A stretch of DNA of 44,345 bases from an uncultured Planctomycetaceae bacterium (GCA_903885855.1 CAISKG010000437.1:1-44345), one strand, 5' to 3'. Counted from the first letter of the stretch, positions 29,916 through 40,981 are shown. A program made the numbers and translations. Notes: generated from the sequence alone by a model not told the origin.

Positions 29916-30692
29916 TCAACCGGAGTCGGGGTCCCCATCGTCCCCTCCCCGGCCCGCCCGGGCAATGACCGCGACGAACACCGCCGCGGCCCCGGCGCGG
30001 ACGAGCGTCTGGCGGCAGGCCGCGACCGTGCCCCCGGTGGTGAGGACGTCGTCCACCAGCAGCACCCGGCGGCCCTCCACCCGGTGCGGCGACGCGGCGA
30101 AGGCGTCGCGGACGTTCGCCCGTCGCCCCTCGGGCGGGAGGCTGTTCTGGAGCGCCGTGGGGCGCGACCGGCGGAGGAGCCCGGCGCAGGGGAGCCGCGC
30201 GTCGCCGGCCAGCCGGCGGGCGACCGTCTCGGCGAGGCTCGTGCCGCGCAGCCAACGCCGCCGCCAGTGCATGGGCACGGGCACCACCACGTCGACCTGC
30301 CAGGCGGCGATGGCGGCGCCGTGGCGTTCGTGGAGGAGCCCGCCGAGACGCTCCGCCAGCATCCGGCCGGCGGGGCGCTTGGCTCGCAGGACGGCGGCGC
30401 GCAGACCGCCTCCGTAGTCGCCGAGGACCACGATCCCGTCGTGGTCGACGGGGCGGCCGTGGCACGCCCGGCAGCGTCCCCCCGTCGCCTCGGCGCCGCA
30501 ACGGCCGCAGCGCGGAGCGGTGGCGACCAGCTCGGCGACGCAGGCGCCGCAGATGCCGGAGGGGCCCAACGCGCCCCCGGGCGGCGCGTCGCTCCACGGA
30601 TCCCCCTCGCGTCCGCAGGCGGCGCACGCCGGGGGGAAGAGCACGTCGAGCCCCGCCATCACCCAGGCGGGAAGCAGGGAGCGCGGTGCCAT
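29916..30692 (-). CDS. comF: ComF-family phosphoribosyltransferase-domain protein
   Basis: N-terminal paired Cys motifs (CAACG...CGAC...CGRCG...CRAC). C-terminal PRTase motif VLLVDDVLTTGGT. Confidence 0.8.
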   Translation of the reverse strand: MAPRSLLPAWVMAGLDVLFPPACAACGREGDPWSDAPPGGALGPSGICGACVAELVATAPRCGRCGAEATGGRCRACHGRPVDHDGIVVLGDYGGGLRAAVLRAKRPAGRMLAERLGGLLHERHGAAIAAWQVDVVVPVPMHWRRRWLRGTSLAETVARRLAGDARLPCAGLLRRSRPTALQNSLPPEGRRANVRDAFAASPHRVEGRRVLLVDDVLTTGGTVAACRQTLVRAGAAAVFVAVIARAGRGGDDGDPDSG

Positions 30693-30841
30693 GGCCGGAA
30701 ACGGGGGGGCAGGGCCCGATTGACGCTCCGGCCCCGTCCCCCTATCCTCCCCGCCCCGATCCCGGCCGCAACCTTCCGGCGCGGCCGCCCCCTCCCGCCG
30801 GGCCCCCGCCGATCCGCCACGGCTCCGCGTGCCCTCCGCCG

Positions 30842-31972
30842 ATGCTCATCGACCGCTACATCGCGCGCGCCCAGCTGAACGCGTTCGTGATCGTGTTCGT
30901 CAGCCTCGCCGGGCTGACGTTCGTCGTCGATGCCTTCACGAACATGGAGGAGTTCCTCAGCCACGCCGCCGAGGCGGGCGGCCTGTGGCGCGTGCTCAGC
31001 CGGTACTACAGCTACCGTCTCGTGGCGTTCTTCGACGCCGCCAGCCCGGTCATCTCCCTGGCCAGCTCGATGTTCGCCCTTTCCTGGCTCGAGCGTCACA
31101 ACGAACTCACCGCCCTGCTGGCCGCCGGGGTGCCGCGCTGGCGCATCGCACGCGCGGCGATCGTGTTCGCGGCGGCGGTGGCGATGGTGGCCGCCGTCAG
31201 CCGCGAGGTGGTGCTGCCGCGCATCCGCGAGGCCATCTCGCGCAACGCCCAGGACCTGCGGGGCGACAAGCCGCAGCCGTTCGAGGCGCGCTACGACCAC
31301 GCCACCGACATCCTCTTCCGGGGGAAGTCGGTCCAGGCGGGACTGGGGCGGATCGAGTCCCCGAGCCTGCGGCTGCCGCAGGTGCTGGGTGATTTCGGCC
31401 AGGACATCGAGGCCGTGGAGGCCCACTGGCTCCCGGCCGACGCCACCCACGGCGCGGGGTATCTCCTCTCGGGGGTGCGCAAGCCCAAGGGCATCGATCG
31501 GATCGAGCCCCTCGAGTCGGGCGGACGGGTGATCCTGCAGACGCCCGCCGGCGCGGCGTGGCTCCAGCCGGGGCAATGCTTCGTCGCCAGCGACGTCACC
31601 TTCGAGCAGCTGATCGGCTCGGGCAACTGGGTGCAATACTCCTCCACCCCCGAGTTGGTGCGGGCGATCGCCAACCCGAGCCTCGGCGTCGGTCCGGAGG
31701 TGCCGCTGCGCGTGCACTCGCGCGTGCTCGCCCCGCTCCTCGACATGACGCTGGCGCTGCTCGGGCTGCCGCTGGTGCTCGGCCCGTCACGGCGCGGGGT
31801 GTTCGTGGCGGTGGGGATGTGCGTGGGGATGACGGTGCTGTTCTTCCTGGTGACGCTCGGCTGCCACGCGGTGGCCGCCACCGGCATGATCTCCCCGTCG
31901 GCCGGGGCCTTCGCTCCGCTGGTCATCCTGGCGACGCTCGCCGCGTGGAACGCCCAGCCGATGTGGCAGTGA
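30842..31972 (+). CDS. LptF/LptG (YjgP/YjgQ) family LPS export permease
   Basis: The internal ATG at 30842 gives the family-typical N-terminus MLIDRYIARAQLNAFVIVFVSLAGL. There are multiple TM segments, a central periplasmic domain and three C-terminal TM helices. Confidence 0.78.
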   Translation: MLIDRYIARAQLNAFVIVFVSLAGLTFVVDAFTNMEEFLSHAAEAGGLWRVLSRYYSYRLVAFFDAASPVISLASSMFALSWLERHNELTALLAAGVPRWRIARAAIVFAAAVAMVAAVSREVVLPRIREAISRNAQDLRGDKPQPFEARYDHATDILFRGKSVQAGLGRIESPSLRLPQVLGDFGQDIEAVEAHWLPADATHGAGYLLSGVRKPKGIDRIEPLESGGRVILQTPAGAAWLQPGQCFVASDVTFEQLIGSGNWVQYSSTPELVRAIANPSLGVGPEVPLRVHSRVLAPLLDMTLALLGLPLVLGPSRRGVFVAVGMCVGMTVLFFLVTLGCHAVAATGMISPSAGAFAPLVILATLAAWNAQPMWQ

Positions 31973-32223
31973 TCCGGGGCCGATCGCGCCGGTCGTGACG
32001 ATCGTGCGGCCCCGCCGAGGATGGCCCCCCGCGGACGATCCGCCCCGCCGGCCGCGGTTTCCTGATCGGCATCCCCCGCCGCATCCCCCTCTCTTCGCCA
32101 GGCCTTTTTTCTCGACCCGGCTCCCCTGGACTGCCGATGGTGGAAGTGGGGACGTATTCCTCGCGGGGACGACGGCACCGCGCCGGTGCCACCCCGCCGT
32201 CCGGCAATGGAGTGCCCCTGGCC

Positions 32224-32664
32224 ATGCGCATCAGTACCACGCGGTTCGGTCGCATCGACGTCGATGCCGCCGACGTGATCCGTTTTCCCAGCGGGCTCCC
32301 CGGCCTCGAGGGCTGCCGCGAGTGGGCGCTCCTGGCCGATGCCACGAACGACGCCCTGGGCTGGCTGCAGAGCACGACCCGGGGCGACGTGGCGCTGGCG
32401 GTGGTCAGCCCGCGCCGGTTCGTCCCCGGCTACCAGATCCGCATCCCGCGCAGCGAGCTGAGCCCGCTTGCGATCACCGACCTGCGGCAGGCCCAGGTCG
32501 TGGTCGTGGTCGGCAGCAACGGCAGGACCCTCACCCTCAATCTCAAAGCGCCGATCGTCATCAACCTCGAAGCCCGCACGGGCCGGCAAGTCGTCGCCAG
32601 CGGCGAGCTGCCTTTGCAGTACGAATTGCCCGGCGCGACGCCCGGCATGAAAAAGAGTGCATAA
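32224..32664 (+). CDS. fliW: Flagellar assembly factor FliW
   Basis: The ATG at 32224 gives MRISTTRFGRIDVDAADVIRFPSGLPGLE...WLQS...PRRFVPGYQIRIP...TLNLKAPIVIN, a FliW-family pattern. It lies directly upstream of csrA. Confidence 0.85.
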   Translation: MRISTTRFGRIDVDAADVIRFPSGLPGLEGCREWALLADATNDALGWLQSTTRGDVALAVVSPRRFVPGYQIRIPRSELSPLAITDLRQAQVVVVVGSNGRTLTLNLKAPIVINLEARTGRQVVASGELPLQYELPGATPGMKKSA

Positions 32665-32724
32665 TCACAGTGACGGCCGGCGGAGGAACGCCGGCTCCAC
32701 GACAGGATCAGGAAGGATCGTCCG

Positions 32725-33069
32725 ATGCTCGTGCTCTCCAGGCAACGCGATGAAAGCATCATGATCGGCGACAACATCGTCGTCACGATCGTCGATATCC
32801 GGGGAGACAAGGTCCGCCTCGGCATCAACGCCCCTTCCGAGATCCCGGTGCACCGCCAGGAGGTGTACGAGGCGATCCAGCGGGAAAACCTCCGCGCCGC
32901 CCGGCTCGAGCCCCGCGACACCGAGGGCCTCGGCCGCCTGGCGGACCGCGGCCCCGCCCAGGCGCCGAAGAAGCCGGCGAGCCGCGCGCCGCCCGTGATC
33001 CGCGGATCGAGGCGTCCCTGCCCTCCTCCACGCCGATCACCCGTGAAACCGCCCCGGTCGTCCCGGTGA
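32725..33069 (+). CDS. csrA: Carbon storage regulator CsrA with a basic, proline-rich C-terminal extension of about 50 aa
   Basis: [51 protein letters not shown] is an unmistakable CsrA core. The ORF continues to 114 aa. AGGAAGGA lies 7 nt upstream of the ATG. Confidence 0.9.
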   Translation: MLVLSRQRDESIMIGDNIVVTIVDIRGDKVRLGINAPSEIPVHRQEVYEAIQRENLRAARLEPRDTEGLGRLADRGPAQAPKKPASRAPPVIRGSRRPCPPPRRSPVKPPRSSR

Positions 33070-33073
33070 CGGA

Positions 33074-33089
33074 CCGCCGCATCCGGCGG
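33074..33089. terminator. Short GC hairpin in the convergent csrA / thioredoxin-like gap
   Basis: CCGCCG-CATC-CGGCGG (6-bp stem, 4-nt loop) in the 40-nt gap between convergent stops. It could act in both directions. No U-tract. Confidence 0.25.
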
Positions 33090-33109
33090 CGGATCGCTCC
33101 GGGCCGTGC

Positions 33110-33697
33110 TCAGCCCGCCGGGGGGAAGTAGGCGGGTTCGTTGCCGGGCCTCCACTTGATGTTGCAGCCCAGGCTCGGCCGCTGCTCCGCCGCGGGCGCA
33201 CCGCCGGCGAGCAGGGCGTCGAGCGCCGCACGCAGGTCGGCACCGGTCACCGGCACGTCGTTGCCCGGACGGCTGCCGTCGAGCTGGCCGCGGTAGACGA
33301 GGCGGCGATCGGCGTCGAAGAGGAAGAAGTCGGGCGTGCAGGCGGCGTGGTAGGCGCGGGCCGTGTCCTGCGTCTCGTCGTAGAGGTAGGGAAACGGATA
33401 CCCCCGCGACTCCGCCTCGTGGACCATCTGCTCCGGCGAGTCGGCCGGGTGGCTCGAGGCGTCGTTGGCGTTGATCGCCACGATCCCCACGCCCCGCGGC
33501 AGGTAGTCGCGCCCCAGCGCCGCCAGGCCCTCGGCGACGTGCTTGACGTACGGGCAGTGGTTGCAGATGAACATCACCACCGTCGCCTGCCGGCCGGCGA
33601 CGTCGTCGAGGCCGAGCGTCCGGCCATCGACGTTAAGCAGCGTGAAATCGGGTGCCGGCGTGCCCAGGGGCAGCATCGTGCTCGGGGTGCGGACCAT
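33110..33697 (-). CDS. Thioredoxin-fold thiol-disulfide oxidoreductase (AhpC/TSA-redoxin-like)
   Basis: Only the C-terminal 195 aa of the 526-aa track ORF looks real: MVRTPSTMLPLGTPAPDFTLLNVDGRTLGLDDVAGRQATVVMFICNHCPYVKH, with a CxxC motif, and PDFFLFD...RLVYRGQLD. The upstream part is Arg/Gly/Pro-rich junk and overlaps tatD. Confidence 0.8.
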   Translation of the reverse strand: MVRTPSTMLPLGTPAPDFTLLNVDGRTLGLDDVAGRQATVVMFICNHCPYVKHVAEGLAALGRDYLPRGVGIVAINANDASSHPADSPEQMVHEAESRGYPFPYLYDETQDTARAYHAACTPDFFLFDADRRLVYRGQLDGSRPGNDVPVTGADLRAALDALLAGGAPAAEQRPSLGCNIKWRPGNEPAYFPPAG

Positions 33698-33726
33698 GGC
33701 GGGAACCCTCGTGCGGGAAGGGGCGA

Positions 33727-34503
33727 TCAGGGACGGCAGCGGAACAGGCGCCGGGCATTGGCCGTGGTGGCGGCGGCGAGCGCCTCCGGCGCCTCGCCGC
33801 GGGCCAGGGCGAGGCAGCAGGCGGTGTGGACGACGTTGGCCGGCTCGTTGCGCTTGCCGCGCATCGGCTCCGGCGAGAGGAACGGGCTGTCGGTCTCCAC
33901 CAGGAGGCGGTCGAGAGGGACCGTCCGGGCGACCTCGCGGAGCCCGGCGGAGGAGCGGAAGGTGACCATCCCCGCGAAGCCCAGATGGCAGCCCAGATCC
34001 ACCGCCTCGGCGGCCTCGGCGGCCGATCCGGTGAAGGCGTGGAGGATGGCCTCGAGCGCCCCCCGCCCCACGGCCTCGCGGATCATGGCGAGCACGTCCG
34101 AGATGCTGTCGCGCGTGTGGACCACGACGGGCAGGCCGAGGCGCTGCGCGAGCCGGAGGTGACGGTCGAACCACTCCCGTTGCACCTCGCGCGGGGCGTG
34201 GTCGCGGTACCAATCGAGGCCCGTCTCGCCGACGGCCGCCACCCGCCCGGCCCCGGCCAGGGCCACGATCCGGTCCCACTCGTCGGCCGAGGCCTCGGCG
34301 ACGTCGTTGGGATGGATGCCGGCGGCGGCGACGACGCCCCGCTCGCGCGACGCCAGCTCCGCCGCGGCCTCGCTGTCGACCGCCCGGGTGCCGATCACCG
34401 CCATGCCGGCCACCCCCGCCGACCGCGCTCGGGCCAGGACCTCGGGCAGCTCGCCGTGGAACCGCATCGGGTCGAGATGGCAATGGCTGTCGAAGAGTTC
34501 CAT
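33727..34503 (-). CDS. tatD: TatD-family metal-dependent hydrolase (DNase)
   Basis: MELFDSHCHLD, GETGLDWY, VVHTRD, LHAFTG, LLVETDSPFLSP. Start at the ATG at complement of 34501-34503. Confidence 0.88.
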   Translation of the reverse strand: MELFDSHCHLDPMRFHGELPEVLARARSAGVAGMAVIGTRAVDSEAAAELASRERGVVAAAGIHPNDVAEASADEWDRIVALAGAGRVAAVGETGLDWYRDHAPREVQREWFDRHLRLAQRLGLPVVVHTRDSISDVLAMIREAVGRGALEAILHAFTGSAAEAAEAVDLGCHLGFAGMVTFRSSAGLREVARTVPLDRLLVETDSPFLSPEPMRGKRNEPANVVHTACCLALARGEAPEALAAATTANARRLFRCRP

Positions 34504-34526
34504 GCCGGCCACGGCCGCGACGGGGA

Positions 34527-34979
34527 CTAACCGGCTGCCGCGGGGGGAGCGGCGGGAGCCGCCGGCGGCGGCGTGCTGCGGCCCACCGTCTCCAGCACGT
34601 CGCCGTGCTGCAGGGCGGCCTCGCGTGCCTGGCGGACGAGATCGAGCACCTCCGCGTCGCCGCCCGCCTCGAGGAGGCGGTCGCAGGCATCCACCTGGCG
34701 CCGGAGGCCGTCGAGCAGTCTCGGCAGCAGCGACGCCAGATCGACGTCGTGCAGTCCCGTGAACGAGATCGGGAACGCCGCCCGCGGCACGAGTTCGCCG
34801 CGCTCCTCGAGGAGCAGGCCGGCGCGGTCGCGGATGCTCCGCTCGTCGTCGGCCAGATCGACCAGCGCCAGCTTGATCGCCTCCTGCCCGGGGAAGGTCC
34901 ACACCCGCGCCGCCGCCAGGTAGGCGTGCAGCGAGGAGCCGAGCAGTTCGACGAGCGACACCAGCGGCGACTTCTTCAT
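34527..34979 (-). CDS. Hypothetical helical protein (150 aa) immediately downstream of nuoN
   Basis: MKKSPLVSLVELLGSSLHAYLAAARVW... has a non-degenerate, helix-rich composition and an Ala/Pro tail. It starts 27 nt after the nuoN stop, and tatD starts 23 nt after its own stop. All three are on the same strand. No family recognised. Confidence 0.55.
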   Translation of the reverse strand: MKKSPLVSLVELLGSSLHAYLAAARVWTFPGQEAIKLALVDLADDERSIRDRAGLLLEERGELVPRAAFPISFTGLHDVDLASLLPRLLDGLRRQVDACDRLLEAGGDAEVLDLVRQAREAALQHGDVLETVGRSTPPPAAPAAPPAAAG

Positions 34980-35006
34980 GCGACGGACCGGGGGCTCGGG
35001 CGGGGA

Positions 35007-36658
35007 TCAGGAGGCGAAGGCACCGGCGAATCGGGCGAAGGTGTAGAGGCCCGACCAAAAGATCCCCAGCGACACCACCGGCACGACCAGCGCCGTGACG
35101 AGGGCCCCGGGGATGGACACCAGCGGGAACGCCTCCGCGGTCCGCTCCGCCGGAGGGGGATCGAACGTCATCACCTTCAGGACCCGCAGGTAGTAGAAGA
35201 GGCTGATCACGGTGTTGAGGCCGCCGACGACCAGCAGCACCAGCATCATCGGCCGCTCCGCCGAGAGCGTGACGGCCTGCACGATCGACGAGAAGACGAG
35301 GAACTTGGAGATGAACCCGGCCAGCGGCGGCAGGCCGATGAGGCTCACCAGCACGATGCCGGTGGCCACGACGAGCCCCGGATTGGTGCGGATGAGGCCG
35401 GCGTAGGAGGCGATCTCCTCGCTGCGGAGGGAGTTGCGCAGCAGGGCCACGATCGCGAACGCGGCCAGATTCATGAACACGTAGGTTCCGAGGTAGAAGC
35501 AGACGGCGCTGATCGCCGACCGCGCGGCCTGGGGGTCACGGCCGGCCAGCGCCACGGCCGCCGCCACCCCCATCATCAGGTAGCCGGCGTGGGCGATGGT
35601 GGAATAGGCCAGAAGACGTTTCATGTTCGTCTGGCCGTAGGCCGCCAGGTTGCCCAGGGTGCAGGTGAGCGCGGCCAGGAGCGCCACGAGCCCCGCGATG
35701 TAGTGCCTGGTCTCCCCCAGCGCCACCATCTCCAGGGCGTGCGCCGGCCCCAAACCGGGCACGCCGAGCCCGAATGCCACGCGGATCAGCAGTGCCACCG
35801 CGGCGGCCTTGCTGGCCACCGACAGGAAGGCCCCGATCTCGGCGGCCGCCCCCGCGAACACGTCGGGGCACCAGAAGTGGAACGGCACGGCGGAGAGCTT
35901 GAAGGCCAGCCCGGCCGCCACCATCAAGCCGCCGATCGCCAGCGCCAGCGCCGTGCCCCCGGGGAGCATTCCCGCCTCGAGCGCCGCCAGCTGGCGGGCC
36001 ATCGTCGGCAGATGGCACGAGCCGAGCACGCCGGCGAGGAGGCTGAGGCCGTAGAGCATGATCCCCGCGGCGCCGGCGCCGTACACGGCGTACTTGAGCG
36101 CCGCCTCGGAGCTCGCCTTGCGCCCCTTGAGCAGGCCCGCCAGCGCGTACGACGGCACGCTCGCCATCTCCACGGCCATGAAGACCGTGAGCACGTGGTT
36201 GGCCGACGCCATCAGGCACATGCCCAACGTGGACCCGAGCACGAGGGCGTAGAAGTCGGCGCCGTCCTCGCGATCCGGGATCCCCGACACCTTGGTGAGG
36301 AGGATGAACAGGATCAGGAAGCCCACCAGCAGCAGGCGGACGTAGGCCGAGAGCGAATCGAAGGCCAGCAGCCCACCGAAGAGCTCGATCCTCCCCGGCA
36401 GCATGTCACCGCCGCCGCCCACCCAGGCCGACTGCGAGAGGCGGAGGCAGTCGGCCCAGGAGAACCAGGCCGCGACGGCCACGCCACCGAGGGCGACCCA
36501 GCCGGCGTCCAGGAGGCGCAGCAGCGGCAGCATCCGGCACACCAGCAGCAGCACGACCGTCGCCGCCAGGCACAACTCGGGGCGGAAATGCGGCAGCGAC
36601 ACGCCCAGCGTGTCGCGGAGCGTGGCGTCGAGGAGGATGCCGAGATTGTTGTCGGGAT

Positions 36659-36662
<4 letters not shown>
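35007..36662 (-). CDS. nuoN: NADH-quinone oxidoreductase subunit N
   Basis: 551 aa polytopic membrane protein. It has FMAVEMASVPSYALAG, ALKYAVYGAGAAGIMLYG, and the KLSAVPFHFWCPDVF antiporter-like motif. The GTG start overlaps the nuoM stop (GTGA). Confidence 0.9.
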
Positions 36663-38476
<1,814 letters not shown>

Positions 38477-38526
38477 GGGGCGGTGGATCCGGATGCGGGG
38501 ACGGTCGGGTGCGGCTGCCGGGGCGA

Positions 38527-40962
38527 TCACCCGGCCAGCGACGAACGGAAGAGCATGCTGGCGAGGATGAACAGGGCCACGGTGCCCAGTGCGATGAACA
38601 TCACGTACTGCCGGAGCCGGCCCGTCTGCAGGCGCTTCAGCTCCAGCCCGGCGTTCCAGGTGGCGTTGGCGGTGCCGTCCACCAGCGAATCGATGACGTT
38701 GCGGTCGATCCAGGCGTCCAGGCCGGCGACCTGCTTCGCTCCCCAGGCGAGGCCGTCGATGATGCGGTCGATGAGCCCCTTGTCGATGGCGCTGGCCAGC
38801 GCGGCGACCGCCAGGACCGGCTTGACGAACAGGAAGCGGTAGAGCTCGTCGAAGTACCACCGGTTGGCGAGGAAGCCGTAGAGCGGCGCGAGGACCGAGG
38901 CCACCGCCGCGGGCGAGAGCACGCGCCAGACGTACATCGCGGCCGCCAGCAGGACGCCGGAGGCGGCGGTGGCGAAGGCGACCAGCGATGCCGTGACGTG
39001 GACGTCGTGGGCGTGGCTGTCGTGCTCCGCGGGGATCGTCACCCCGCCGAACAGATACCGGCCCGCCTCGCCCAGCCCCGTGCCCACCGGGCGGGCCTGC
39101 TCGATCATGTTCGCCACGCCGAAACCGCCGATCGTCCAGCCGGCCACCACGGCCAGGATCGCCAGCGCCACCAGCGGGTAGGTCATGACCGGGGGCGATT
39201 CGTGCGCGTGCTCGTGGACGTGGTGGTCGCGCGGCTGCCCCAGGAAGGTCATGAACCAGAGGCGGAACATGTAGAAGGCGGTGAGCGCCGCCCCGCCGGC
39301 CACGGCCCAAAACAGGATCGCGTGGCCGGGATTGGCACGGGCGAAGACCAGCGCCTGGGCGAGGATCGAATCCTTGGAGTAGTAGCCGCTCAAGCCGATG
39401 TCGAGGAACGGCACCCCCGCGCCGATGATCGCCAGGCAGCCGACGAGCATCGTCCAGCCCGTCCAGGGCATGACGCGGAGCAGCCCGCCCATCTTCCGCA
39501 TGTCGTTGGTGTGGCAGGCGTGGATCACCGAACCGGAGCAGAGGAAGAGAAGGCTCTTGAAGAAGGCGTGCGTCACGAGGTGGAACAGCCCCGCCACCCA
39601 GCCGCCCACCCCCAGCGCGAGCATCATGTAGCCGAGCTGGCTGACCGTCGAATACGCCAGCACGCGTTTGATGTCGTTGGCGACCAGCGCGATCGTCGCC
39701 GCGATGAACAGCGTGATCGCGCCCACGTAGGCGATGACCAGGAGCGCTTCGGGGGTGAGGACGGGGTAGAAGCGCCCCACGAGGTACACGCCCGCCGCCA
39801 CCATCGTCGCCGAATGGACCAGCGCCGAGACGGGCGTGGGCCCCTCCATGGCGTCGGGGAGCCAGACGAACAGCGGGAACTGCGCGCTTTTGCCGACGCA
39901 CCCGCAGAAGATCCCCAGGCCGGCGATGAACAGCAGCCAGCGCCCGAAGCCGATCTCCCGCCAGCCGTCCACCTTCGACTCGATCGCCTCCACCCCGGCC
40001 CGGGGATCGGCGGCGTGCTCGAGGACGGTCCGGCCGACGTTGTCGGCGGCGGCCGCCTTGACCATCCCGTCGGGAACCCACAGCGCGTGGTCGGTGACCT
40101 CCGGCCGAACCTGCGAAAAGAGCCCCTGCCGGAGCCGGCCATCGGGGGCCGTGGAGTCGCCGAAGTCGAGCGTCCCCAGCGCCCCCCACAGCGCCATCAG
40201 CCCGATCAGCATCCCGAAATCGCCGATCCGGTTGACGATGAATGCCTTGTTGGCGGCGTTGGAGGCGCTCTTCCGCTCGTAGTAGAAGCCGATCAGGAAC
40301 CAGGAGCAGATCCCCACCAGCTCCCAGAAGATGAACACCATCGCCAGATTGCCCGCGATCACGATCCCGAGCATCGAGAAGCAGAACAGCGACAGCGCCT
40401 GGAAGAAACGGTGGAACCTGCCGGGACGGTGCAGATGGCCGCCCCCCGCGACGTGCACCTCGTGGTCGGTGACGTCGTGGAGCTCGTCGTGCATGTAGCC
40501 GGAGGCGTAGACGTGGATGCAGGTGGCGATGAACGTGATCATCACGAACATCAGCACGGTGAGGGAATCGATGTACCAGCCGATCGAGAGCCGCAGCCTG
40601 CCCCCCTCGTAGAGCGTGTACCAGTCGCCGCTGTAGTGCGGCCCGGCCTGGTGCCCGTGCGCGGCGGCGGCGTGGTCGTCCGCATGGTCGCCGGCGTGCT
40701 CCCCTCCGCCATCGGCCGAGGCGTGGGCGGCGCCCGCCCCCTCGGCATGACCGGCGGGGCCCACCGGGTGGTTCGCCAGCCACGTGACGAAGGCCACCAA
40801 CGACAGGGCCAGCGCCCCGACGATCGCCGCCGTGGCGACCGTCGCCGCCCCCTTGCCGTGGTGCCCGAGACGCGGGCCGGCGAAGAGGATGACGACGAAC
40901 GACGCCAGCGGCAGGAGCCAGGCGAGTCCCAGAAGGGTCGGCAGCAGCGTGTCGATGTCCAT
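38527..40962 (-). CDS. nuoL: NADH-quinone oxidoreductase subunit L, unusually long (811 aa) with several insertions
   Basis: Core motifs: FIFWELVGICSWFLIGFYY, GKSAQFPLFVWLPDAMEGPTPVSALVHSATMVAAGVYL, RVLAYSTVSQLGYM, THAFFKSLLFLCSGSVIH. It also has the C-terminal lateral-helix region. His/Asp-rich inserts are described under findings. Confidence 0.9.
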   Translation of the reverse strand: MDIDTLLPTLLGLAWLLPLASFVVILFAGPRLGHHGKGAATVATAAIVGALALSLVAFVTWLANHPVGPAGHAEGAGAAHASADGGGEHAGDHADDHAAAAHGHQAGPHYSGDWYTLYEGGRLRLSIGWYIDSLTVLMFVMITFIATCIHVYASGYMHDELHDVTDHEVHVAGGGHLHRPGRFHRFFQALSLFCFSMLGIVIAGNLAMVFIFWELVGICSWFLIGFYYERKSASNAANKAFIVNRIGDFGMLIGLMALWGALGTLDFGDSTAPDGRLRQGLFSQVRPEVTDHALWVPDGMVKAAAADNVGRTVLEHAADPRAGVEAIESKVDGWREIGFGRWLLFIAGLGIFCGCVGKSAQFPLFVWLPDAMEGPTPVSALVHSATMVAAGVYLVGRFYPVLTPEALLVIAYVGAITLFIAATIALVANDIKRVLAYSTVSQLGYMMLALGVGGWVAGLFHLVTHAFFKSLLFLCSGSVIHACHTNDMRKMGGLLRVMPWTGWTMLVGCLAIIGAGVPFLDIGLSGYYSKDSILAQALVFARANPGHAILFWAVAGGAALTAFYMFRLWFMTFLGQPRDHHVHEHAHESPPVMTYPLVALAILAVVAGWTIGGFGVANMIEQARPVGTGLGEAGRYLFGGVTIPAEHDSHAHDVHVTASLVAFATAASGVLLAAAMYVWRVLSPAAVASVLAPLYGFLANRWYFDELYRFLFVKPVLAVAALASAIDKGLIDRIIDGLAWGAKQVAGLDAWIDRNVIDSLVDGTANATWNAGLELKRLQTGRLRQYVMFIALGTVALFILASMLFRSSLAG

Positions 40963-40981
40963 GCGCGGTCCGGTCCGGGGC

